From positions 1-56,979 of the forward strand of contig JAYUUO010000035.1 of assembly GCA_043754515.1 (NCBI GenBank): DNA of 56,979 nucleotides, read 5' to 3'. The stretch's first letter is position 1. Each line of letters opens with the position of its first letter. This stretch comes from Armatimonadota bacterium (GTDB taxonomy: Bacteria; Armatimonadota; Armatimonadia; Armatimonadales; Armatimonadaceae). A program made the position numbers and the translations under genes. Shown piece by piece: positions 40,134-48,584 of this stretch. Below the pieces are notes generated by a model. The model saw nothing but the letters and a program-made list of their open reading frames with translations, made no database searches and was not told the origin of the DNA.

Positions 40134-41081
40134 ATGAACTACCGACGATTGGGGCGTTCCGGCCTCCAGGTTTCCGAGATATGCCTGGGCGCGTGGATCA
40201 ACTTCGGCGGGCGGATCGGGGACGACGACACGTTCGCCGTGCTGAACGCCGCCGTTGAGGAGGGGATTGATTTCTTCGACACCGCGAACGTGTACGCGGG
40301 CGGCAAAGCCGAGGAGGTCATGGGGCGGTGGATGACGGGTAAGGACCGCCGCGCCCTCACGGTCGCGACGAAGTGCCGCTGGCGGATGTGGGACGGCCCG
40401 AACGGCGAGGGCGCGGGACGCAAACACATCATGGATGCCTGCAATGACAGTCTGCGCCGTCTTCAGACCGACTACATTGACGTGTACCAGATCCACGGTC
40501 AGGACCGCGATACGCCCGCCGAGGAGACCCTGCGCGCGTTAGACGAGTTGGTGAAGGCGGGTAAAATCCGCTACTTCGGGTGGAGTAACTATGACGCGGA
40601 AATGATCGCGGAGAGCGCGCGGCTGTCCGAATCGCTCGGGCTGAACCGGGCCATTTCGCTTCAGAACAATTACAGCATGCTCGCGCGCGATACGGAGAAG
40701 CGGGTGAACTCGCGTTGCTTGCGGGATGGTTTGGGGCTGATCCCCTACTCGCCGCTCGCGCAGGGCTTGCTCTCCGAGAAGTATCTGGGCGGGTCGGTTC
40801 CGGAGGGCGCGCGAGCGCAGGGGAACGAGGGGTTGGAAAACCGACTCAAGGAGAGCCTCCCGACGATCAAGGCACTCGGCGAATTCGCCCGCGCCCGCGA
40901 TATTACCCTGTCGCAACTCGCACTCGCCTGGCTCCTGCATCAGCCCGCGATGTCCGCCCCGATCATCGGCGCGAGCCGGCCCGAGCAGGTGCGCGAAAAC
41001 GCCAGGGCGTCGGGCGTTAAACTGTCGCCCGACGAAATGACACAGATCGAGACTATTTTAACGCATCCCGATCAAAAGTAG
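40134..41081 (+). CDS. aldo/keto reductase
   Basis: LGRSGLQVS, FDTANVY, SLRRLQTDYID, PYSPLAQGLL. Confidence 0.95.
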   Translation: MNYRRLGRSGLQVSEICLGAWINFGGRIGDDDTFAVLNAAVEEGIDFFDTANVYAGGKAEEVMGRWMTGKDRRALTVATKCRWRMWDGPNGEGAGRKHIMDACNDSLRRLQTDYIDVYQIHGQDRDTPAEETLRALDELVKAGKIRYFGWSNYDAEMIAESARLSESLGLNRAISLQNNYSMLARDTEKRVNSRCLRDGLGLIPYSPLAQGLLSEKYLGGSVPEGARAQGNEGLENRLKESLPTIKALGEFARARDITLSQLALAWLLHQPAMSAPIIGASRPEQVRENARASGVKLSPDEMTQIETILTHPDQK

Positions 41082-41107
41082 CCTCGAAACGTCGCGCGGA
41101 CGAATCT

Positions 41108-41150
41108 GGGTTCGGCAGGCTTAGGGTCCGCCTCCACACCTGCCGAACCC
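41108..41150. terminator. inverted repeat between convergent genes
   Basis: GGGTTCGGCAGG...CCTGCCGAACCC 12-bp perfect stem. Confidence 0.6.
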
Positions 41151-41159
41151 CTCACGGTC

Positions 41160-42290
41160 TCATTCCGGCGCGATGACGATACGGGTTCCGTTGTGGGTAC
41201 GCGGGTCAATGGTGATCGTCATGATGTCGCCGGAGCGCAGATCGTCGGCGTTGATCTTCTGGTTGTCGAAATAGACCGGCACGCCCTTCGGTATTGTAAT
41301 CTGTCGCCCGTCCGTGGTGCGCAAAACGAACACGTTACGGTCGGAGCGGGCGTAATCTAAAAACGTTCCCTTGAAGACGGTTGACAGGGATTGCGCGGGG
41401 GCCGGTTTAGGCGACGGCGCGGGGGCCGACTTTGGTAGCGGCGGCGCTATCACATTCACCGCGCTCACCCGGTCGTCTCCCACCACGAGAACAGCGACGG
41501 TCGCGCCGACGTCAACGTGATCCAGGGTGACCCTCTGCTCCGGCGTGTCGGGACGCTGGATCGTCAACACGGTGTTGGGCTGCAGCGAGAACGTCTTCTC
41601 CCCATTTAACGCCCCCGGCGTGTTGTTCGGAACCCGCACCACAATCCGTTGCGGCATGACGTCTGCGTAGACGGCAGTTACTGTGCCCGAGATAGACGTG
41701 TCGGTCGTCCGCGCCTTCAGTTCGGCGGCGAGGCGAGCCTCTTCCGCACGCTTCCGAGCATTGTCCTCGCGCTTGCGGACTTCATCCGCCTGCAGTTTTG
41801 CCTTCTCGGTATCCCCGGCGACCGGCGCGGGGGCCGCGGCGCGGGTGTTTATCGCGACGGTGTTGGTAGTGACGTCGTACGTGACGTCGGCTCCCAGCGA
41901 TTCCGCGAGGAACCTTAGTGGGACCATCGTAGACCCGTTCAGCACTTCGGCGGGTGTGTCCAAGTTTACCGGTAGGTCATTGACGAATGCTTGCCGCGTG
42001 CCGACAGTGAGTGCAATCCGCTTCGTCGGCGTGAAGGCGGATACCGTTTGTGAAGCGGAATCGAAGCTAACGAACGCCCCCAGTTTTTCGAGTATCCCGC
42101 GGAGTGGCACCAACAGGCGGCTATCCCTTTCCACGGCGGGCTGCCCCTGGAACACGACGGGAGCCCGGTTGACGAAGATTTGCGGGGGGGCGGCCGGCGG
42201 CACGGCGGGAGTCGCCTGCGCCCACCCGATTGAAGTGGCCATGCCGGACAAAACAATGATGCCAGCGGTAATAAGAGGGTAATGCTTCAT
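41160..42290 (-). CDS. copper amine oxidase N-terminal (stalk) domain secreted protein
   Basis: LVPLRGILEKLGA and TMVPLRFLAESLGADV motifs; signal peptide. Confidence 0.9.
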   Translation of the reverse strand: MKHYPLITAGIIVLSGMATSIGWAQATPAVPPAAPPQIFVNRAPVVFQGQPAVERDSRLLVPLRGILEKLGAFVSFDSASQTVSAFTPTKRIALTVGTRQAFVNDLPVNLDTPAEVLNGSTMVPLRFLAESLGADVTYDVTTNTVAINTRAAAPAPVAGDTEKAKLQADEVRKREDNARKRAEEARLAAELKARTTDTSISGTVTAVYADVMPQRIVVRVPNNTPGALNGEKTFSLQPNTVLTIQRPDTPEQRVTLDHVDVGATVAVLVVGDDRVSAVNVIAPPLPKSAPAPSPKPAPAQSLSTVFKGTFLDYARSDRNVFVLRTTDGRQITIPKGVPVYFDNQKINADDLRSGDIMTITIDPRTHNGTRIVIAPE

Positions 42291-42524
42291 TTTTCAGCCT
42301 TTAATGGAGTCGCTTCCTGGGACGAACTTACCATATCAACCAAACGAGAAAACCCTCTCGTCCGTGACGATCACATCGGCGTCTCCCTGATTAGTAGTGC
42401 CCGTTACCGCTCCCGGGAAAACATAGCCGCCCTGTATCGTGATATTTAATTTTCAGAGGAACAATCTCAGCGGGTCGGGTAGCAGCCATTCCACCGTCCC
42501 ATTATCGGAGGCCGCAACCCATTC

Positions 42525-43661
42525 TCAGAGCGGCAAGGCTTTAGAGACGGACCGAGCGATGATCTCGTCGGCGGACAACTCGCGCCGTGCTTGCGCGGAG
42601 AGGTAGATACCTTCCGAGATGAGCATGGTGTTGAGGGCGATCTCTGCCGTCGGCAGAAGCGTCGTTTCGCCGCGCAACGCGGCGACCCAATGCTGTTGCG
42701 ACGATGAGAAGTAGTCGGTCTCGCCGTCCTCCGTCCGCAGTTTCCGCTTGCGGTAACCGAAGTCGGTCATGTTTGCCGTCCCCGTGATGTCCAGATCGCC
42801 CACGGATCGGAAGAACCCGAATGGCGATAGGCGGACACCGCCCTCGGAGCCGACGATGTAGGAACCCTCGAACGCGTCCAGGTGAACTGCCCACGCCTCA
42901 ATGATGTCCAGCGTCAGGTCGCCGCCCGCGAACCGAACCAGTCCCATTCCGAGTTCTTCCACGTCGGCACCTGAAAGTTCGGCGCGGGCGGGATCCATCG
43001 GCACGCGCTGGTAAGTCTGCCCCGACACGCGCTCGACCACGGGATTGCCGAGTAGGTAGAGCATCTGCGCGATGTGGTAGACGCCCATGTCATAGAGGGC
43101 ACCGCCCCCGCTCTGCTCTTTTTGCACGAAGTCGGGGCGTCCGTAGCCGTCAATGTAGGGCCTACCGCGCCGCCGGTAGCCCGTCGAACGGGCATGATAC
43201 GGCACGCCGAGTTGACCGCCCGCTATCAGATCGCCAGCTGCCCGTGTCTCCGGGGCATACAGCGTGCCGAGCTGGATGTGGAGCGGGAGGCCGAGTTCCT
43301 GCGCCCGATCCCGCATCGCCGCCGCGTCCCGGTACGTCCCTGCCATCGGCTTCTCGCAGTACACCGGTCGCCCCGACTCCAGCGCGGCGAGCGTGCCGGA
43401 TACATGAAGGTTGTTGTGGAGGCAAACGTCAACGGCGTCCAGATCGTCGCGCCCGAGCATCTCGGCAGCATCATAGTAGACGTGGGGAATCTTAAACTTC
43501 GCGGCACTCGCGTCCGCCGCGTCCTTGCGTATGTCGGCGCAGGCAATTACCTCGACGCCCGCTATCTCCGCATAGTTCTTGAGGTGCGTCTGCGCGATCT
43601 GTCCGCACCCGATGATGCCGATACGAACGGACCGGCCCGTGATTGGTGTCATTCTTCGCAT
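42525..43661 (-). CDS. Gfo/Idh/MocA oxidoreductase
   Basis: IGIIGCGQIA, CEKPMA, GGGALYDMGVYH. Confidence 0.95.
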   Translation of the reverse strand: MRRMTPITGRSVRIGIIGCGQIAQTHLKNYAEIAGVEVIACADIRKDAADASAAKFKIPHVYYDAAEMLGRDDLDAVDVCLHNNLHVSGTLAALESGRPVYCEKPMAGTYRDAAAMRDRAQELGLPLHIQLGTLYAPETRAAGDLIAGGQLGVPYHARSTGYRRRGRPYIDGYGRPDFVQKEQSGGGALYDMGVYHIAQMLYLLGNPVVERVSGQTYQRVPMDPARAELSGADVEELGMGLVRFAGGDLTLDIIEAWAVHLDAFEGSYIVGSEGGVRLSPFGFFRSVGDLDITGTANMTDFGYRKRKLRTEDGETDYFSSSQQHWVAALRGETTLLPTAEIALNTMLISEGIYLSAQARRELSADEIIARSVSKALPL

Positions 43662-43733
43662 TCCTTCCCCCGTCGAAAATCCGATTCGTAAGATCCGCTT
43701 GCTTTTCGTCGCGCGGTCCTATGGCCAACATGT

Positions 43734-44816
43734 TCAGCTCAAATCGAGTAGCGCGAGAAACATCTCCGCCGCGTGCCACGTGTGAGGAGTGCAAACCCGT
43801 ACCGTGGCGAGGGTGGGACTCAACCCATCCATAGGCAAGTAGTTCGCCTGACTCGCTTGTGCCTCCCATGTCAGCGGGAACGACGCGGGGTCAGGCACGG
43901 GACCCGGGAGCCGGTCGTGGAAGTGCGCCTCCGCCCAGCCGAGGTAAGGATAATTGTCCATATCACGCTCGCCGAAGCCTTTGCCGCGAATGTGCTGGTC
44001 GCGGTAATCCATCCAGAAGAGCGCACCGTACGAATCGAAGACGGCGGGGATGACACACTCCGAGTCGTCCAGATGGAGCCGGCGCAGACCATATTTCAGC
44101 CACTTCGTCTGATAAACTGGATGCTCGCTGAAGTCGGATAAGCCGGTTAGGTGACCATCCTGGCACGATTCCCGCGCGGCCGTGTGTATTTTCGGGATTA
44201 AAGGGTGATCCTGATCGCCCCCAGCCAGCGCGATCAGCGTCAACAACTGCCCCAGATTATCCGGCTCGCGGTGTCCCCCGTTGTTGCGGTCGAATGGCTC
44301 GTCCATCGCCGCGAGGCTCGCCACCCAGTCTGTCAAGAGCGCGATGTTTCCCGTCCGCTCCAGGCAAAGCCCGACCATCGCGGCGTCGCGGAGCCATGGC
44401 TTATCATACACGAGCAGGTTCGGGAGTGGTCCCCCACCCCGGTTAGATTCGGCAATATTGGTGAGCAGTTCGCCGTGCAACGCACGGAGGAGCGGGCCGT
44501 GGAAATGCCCATCGAAGCGCGGCAACGCGGGGATGGAATGGCTGTCTAGACACGTCGGCTGTCGGTCATCGGTCTGAACCCACAACCCTGTCTCGTCCTC
44601 ATGAATCGCCACCCGCTCCCCGCCTACAGTCCTCAGTCGGACGCGGTACTCCCACGGCTCGTACCATTCCTCGGCGGTTTCGAAGCTTTGTAAGAGTGCG
44701 CCGGAACGCGCCTCGATCAGCCGCCCTCGCTGGTAGATAAGTTTGGGGCGTGACGGTCCCATGCCGAAAAGGTGGAACCGCTCGGACGGCGGGGTGCTGA
44801 CCGGGCAGGTAATCAT
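43734..44816 (-). CDS. hypothetical protein, possibly six-hairpin glycosidase-like
   Basis: PN..VY.KPWLRDAAM, EPDNLGQ, PHTWHAAE. Confidence 0.7.
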   Translation of the reverse strand: MITCPVSTPPSERFHLFGMGPSRPKLIYQRGRLIEARSGALLQSFETAEEWYEPWEYRVRLRTVGGERVAIHEDETGLWVQTDDRQPTCLDSHSIPALPRFDGHFHGPLLRALHGELLTNIAESNRGGGPLPNLLVYDKPWLRDAAMVGLCLERTGNIALLTDWVASLAAMDEPFDRNNGGHREPDNLGQLLTLIALAGGDQDHPLIPKIHTAARESCQDGHLTGLSDFSEHPVYQTKWLKYGLRRLHLDDSECVIPAVFDSYGALFWMDYRDQHIRGKGFGERDMDNYPYLGWAEAHFHDRLPGPVPDPASFPLTWEAQASQANYLPMDGLSPTLATVRVCTPHTWHAAEMFLALLDLS

Positions 44817-45002
44817 GGTAGGTTTGCCGCGCGGATGTAGAGATTGCACCCGGAACGGTGGTCTGAATCTATCACGGAGGACTCTCAATGTCAAACGTTG
44901 CCGATCAGTGACCGCGCGCTGGGCGGGACGGGTGGGACATGGCTCGGTTGATCCGGCACACTGTCCGGGCGACGCAATATGATCTGACGTATAATTCGGA
45001 TC

Positions 45003-45965
45003 ATGTTGTCGTCACGAACCTTACTCGCCGCCTTCACTTTGTCCGCCGCACTCATCGCCGGATGCTCCCCCGCCGCCGGTGGTAGCGCGACGCCGCCTGT
45101 CGTGCCGGTAGTCGCGGCATCCGCGACTCCGACCATCTCCCCCTACGGGTTTGACGCTACCCGCTCCTTTAGCGATTTGAAGACGCAGGTGGATTTCGGC
45201 CCACGCTACTCCGGCTCGGACGGCTACCCGAAGATGCGCGACTGGCTACAGAAGTCACTCTCCGATGCATCGGGTATCCCGGCGAAGCGGCAAGATTTTT
45301 CCGCGAAGCCGGGCGCGAAGACGTTGCCGATGAGCAATATCTATGTGCAGTTCAATCCGGGCGCGAGGACGCAGGTACTGTTATGCGCCCACTGGGATAC
45401 GAGGCCGACCGCCGATCAGGAAGTCGACCCTGCTAAGAAGAAGATGCCGATCCCCGGAGCGGACGACGGTGCGAGCGGGGTCGCGGTACTTCTTGAAGTC
45501 GCGCGGGCGTTCAAGGCGAAAGCCCCGACCTGTGGCGTCCAAATAGTGTTCTTCGACGGCGAGGACTACGGACCGGGTGAGGCACAGATGTATCTGGGTG
45601 CCAAGGTATGGGCTAAATCCGCCCCGCTCCCGCAACCGACCTACGCGATTCTGATTGACATGATCGGCGACAAGAGCCTGCAAATCTACCGCGAGCAGGC
45701 GAGCGAATCGAAGGCACCGGAGATCAACGACAAGGTCTGGAACGCCGCCGCCGCGCTGAGGGTGTCCGGGTTCGAGAACACAGTGAAGTACGGAATATCG
45801 GACGATCACATCCCTCTCCAGGAGGCGGGTATAAAGGCGATTGATCTGATTGACTTCGACTACGGCTCCTGGCACACGCTCGACGATACACCGGACAAGT
45901 GCTCGCCCGACTCGCTCCGCGCGGTCGGCGACGTTTTGTCGAAGGTTGTTTACGACGAAAAGTAA
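45003..45965 (+). CDS. M28 peptidase / glutaminyl-cyclase-like lipoprotein
   Basis: LIAGC lipobox; AHWDTRP, GADDGASG, DGEDYG, SDDH, WHT. Confidence 0.9.
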   Translation: MLSSRTLLAAFTLSAALIAGCSPAAGGSATPPVVPVVAASATPTISPYGFDATRSFSDLKTQVDFGPRYSGSDGYPKMRDWLQKSLSDASGIPAKRQDFSAKPGAKTLPMSNIYVQFNPGARTQVLLCAHWDTRPTADQEVDPAKKKMPIPGADDGASGVAVLLEVARAFKAKAPTCGVQIVFFDGEDYGPGEAQMYLGAKVWAKSAPLPQPTYAILIDMIGDKSLQIYREQASESKAPEINDKVWNAAAALRVSGFENTVKYGISDDHIPLQEAGIKAIDLIDFDYGSWHTLDDTPDKCSPDSLRAVGDVLSKVVYDEK

Positions 45966-45984
45966 CGGGCGCAAAACGTTCGCG

Positions 45985-46021
45985 ACGCGCCCCAGCGGAT
46001 TCGCACCGGGGCGTGTTTTTT
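45985..46021 (+). terminator. intrinsic terminator
   Basis: ACGCGCCCC/GGGGCGTGT stem followed by a T-run. Confidence 0.7.
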
Positions 46022-46051
46022 CGTCCCCGCCTCCGCCCCGAAAACATTCCG

Positions 46052-46100
46052 AAAAAACTTTAACTTTTTCTTTAGCAAACGGGATGACCTGCGCTATACT
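46052..46100 (+). promoter_or_regulatory. sigma70-like promoter with UP element
   Basis: A/T tracts, then TTAGCA (46072-77)-N17-TATACT (46095-100). Confidence 0.65.
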
Positions 46101-46106
46101 GTGCTT

Positions 46107-47310
46107 GTAGGCGCGAATCACGTCCCGACCCGTCGGGACGTCTGCCAGGAAATTACTAACCTAGCGACCGGCAAATCTATTTCGTCGTGCCTCCGACGTT
46201 CGTACAGAAAGGAACATTCCATGTTTCACTTTTGGCAAAATAACACAACCCTGCCGCAAGAGAACCTCACGGAACCAGCCCTGTACGCCGTCGCCTTAAC
46301 GGAGGGGATTCGCGTCCTTTCCGATGGTATCTGCCCGCAAGGGCAATACCCCACCTCGCCACTCTCCACCTCGGAGTGTGCTGAAGCGAAACAGGGTTCC
46401 GGCATTGCCGGGACCACGGTCAGAAACCTGACCGGGATCATTACGAGCGTGCTATCGGGTAGTGGGGCATCAAGTAGTTTGATGCACCATCGCGCCAATA
46501 GCACGCGTGGCAACCCCGTTGGCAACAACGCCGGAGGGACCAGAAGCGTCGCTTATCTGCTTACAGGTAAGTCGCTTCTCGGTAACGATACAGGATTGAA
46601 CGAGAGCTCAATCTCCGGCAGCCGGCGAGAAGCCCGCGCAATGACAGCGACCGCGATTCGTAGCGCGTCGTTTGTAGCCGCGATAGGCACGTCGTATAAG
46701 AGCGACAGCCGCATATCACAAGGCTAGGAACACGCCGCGAGCGTGGAGCGCGAACGGTATGCCCTTGAAGAGGCCACCGTTCGGTCCGTTTCGCTAGCAA
46801 CACACAGCCGGAAAAGGTGCGAACTGAGTCGGCGCAGGACGGAAGGCGTCTGCGTTTCAGCAAGCGACACTTCCGCAATGTTCATCGGTGAATCCGGAGC
46901 CTATGGGCTTCCTCACCGTGACATCACATCATAACTGTGACCGATTATCATTTCGCGCCGGGAAAAGCAGTGCCGGTTTCTCCTCACCAGAGAGCCGCGC
47001 AGCCCTCCCCCGGACATAACGAGTAGAGCAGAAAACAAACCCATATCCGTTGGCGTACGTCCGCGTACCCGGTTCGTCAGGAAACTGAATCCTCCCCGCT
47101 TCGCAGGGGGCAGACTGTCTCCATGGCACTGGCACGAAATACATCGGTTCCCCCGTGTGTTTCGTCCGGTTCCGATGTTACCGGTTGCGCACTATATTAA
47201 CGGGCTGATCGTGACGAAAGTATAGGAGGCACTCTGCCTCCGATTCGCACGCGAAGCCTGAATCATGACGCACTTGGCTTGACCGTTTGTTTTTCTGCTC
47301 CCGATGATCA
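46107..47310 (+). ncRNA. candidate large structured ncRNA (~1.2 kb), family unrecognised
   Basis: Near-continuous stems, e.g. 46120-41, 46326-50 (GCAA loop), 46417-34, 46447-506, 46517-30 (GCAA loop), 46542-79, 46751-83, 46809-75, 46878-924, 47134-65, 47225-41; long-range helices 46270-84/46391-401 and 47026-40/47285-300; boundaries approximate. Confidence 0.7.
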
Positions 47311-47383
47311 TACAGAAAGTTCGGCCCTATGCCGGGGTTTGCCCCCGCCGCGCCGCCTTCCTGTAGAGAGTGGATGACGACTA

Positions 47384-47989
47384 ATGAACGCTATATTGAT
47401 TCGCGCGCGGCGCGGCGATGTCGCCGCGCAGGATGAGTTGAGGCGGGCACTGCGCCCGCGTTTAGAGTCGCTGGCCGGGTACTATGCTGCCCGCACCGGC
47501 ATGGATTCCGCCGACCTGTTGCAGGAGGCGTGGGTCGCCGTATTCGAAGCACTGCCGGGAATTGACCTGACCATTGGTACGCCGACGCAGTACCTGTTGA
47601 AGCATGCGCGGTGGCAGATATTGGACCACATTCGGTGGAACAAGCGGCGGTCGCACGAGACGCTCGATGATCTGGTGGTGGAGACGCCTGAGATCGCCGA
47701 GAACTCGTTCGGCACTGCCGTCAACCGCCCTGCGGCGTCGGAGGAGGTGGAGACCCGGATGATGATCAGCGACCTGGAGGGTCGGTTGAACGCGAAGCAG
47801 AAGGAGATCCTGCACGGGTTGCTGGACGGCTTCACCTGGAGGCAGATCGGTGACTCGCTGGGTTGCACGTCGGCGAACGTCGCGTACCACGTGCGCGGCA
47901 TCCGACAAGCCTACTCGGAACTGTCGGATGCGCCGGAAGGCGTTCCCGGCAGGACGGGGACCCGGCCCGCGCTGGCGGCACGGGCATGA
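47384..47989 (+). CDS. orphan ECF/SigH-like sigma factor
   Basis: RARRGD..A, DLLQEAWVAV, ILDHIR (region 2); LNAKQKEIL...G.TWRQI...LG (region 4). Confidence 0.9.
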   Translation: MNAILIRARRGDVAAQDELRRALRPRLESLAGYYAARTGMDSADLLQEAWVAVFEALPGIDLTIGTPTQYLLKHARWQILDHIRWNKRRSHETLDDLVVETPEIAENSFGTAVNRPAASEEVETRMMISDLEGRLNAKQKEILHGLLDGFTWRQIGDSLGCTSANVAYHVRGIRQAYSELSDAPEGVPGRTGTRPALAARA

Positions 47990-48026
47990 CGTGGGCTGTT
48001 CTCTCAAAAACGGTGACAGAGGTCAC

Positions 48027-48071
48027 AAACAAAACGCGCCAGGCGAATGATTCGCCCAGCGCGTTTTGTTT
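48027..48071 (+). terminator. intrinsic (possibly bidirectional) terminator
   Basis: AAACAAAACGCGC-ca-GGCGAA-tga-TTCGCC-ca-GCGCGTTTTGTTT. Confidence 0.8.
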
Positions 48072-48584
48072 CCCCGTCCTGCAAACCAGAGGGAAGCAGA
48101 TGCCGTAGTGCGGACGCAACCGCCCCCGTCTCTTTCCGAACAATGCCTTTACTAAAGTTATACTAACAGTCGGCGCGTTCCGTCCCGCGTCAAATACGAG
48201 AGGATGAGTCCGTAACTGCTCCCGATGAAAACAGTTTGCCCTGTCCCGTATGCCAATTCAAACAACTGTATTCGGAAAAGGTTCGCGAGATTTTAGCCCT
48301 TTTTCCGGGGTGGATTATTCCGACTCCACGCTTCTTTCCGCCGTTTGGTAGAAATGTCTGCCTCGTGCCGGTCGTGTCAACACATGCTTATCGGCTTCCA
48401 GCGAACGCCACGGATCCGGGTCGCGCGTCGGCGTCGGACTTGCCCCACGATGCGGTCACGGGACATCGCGTGGCACCCGTCCGTTCCGGGTATTCCTAGA
48501 TTCAGACAATCGGAACCTGACGATCATAGCCCATCTATTCCTGCCTGCCGCGCCACGATTATGTGCGTATGGCGTTGATCCGAC

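Noticed and set aside
46107..47310. Group I/II intron, RNase P RNA, tmRNA or CRISPR array as identity of the structured region
   Set aside because: No domain V (GAGCCG...GTACGG), no convincing P7 R/S elements, no GAGGAAAGTCC, no tRNA-like ends, no repeated unit or cas genes
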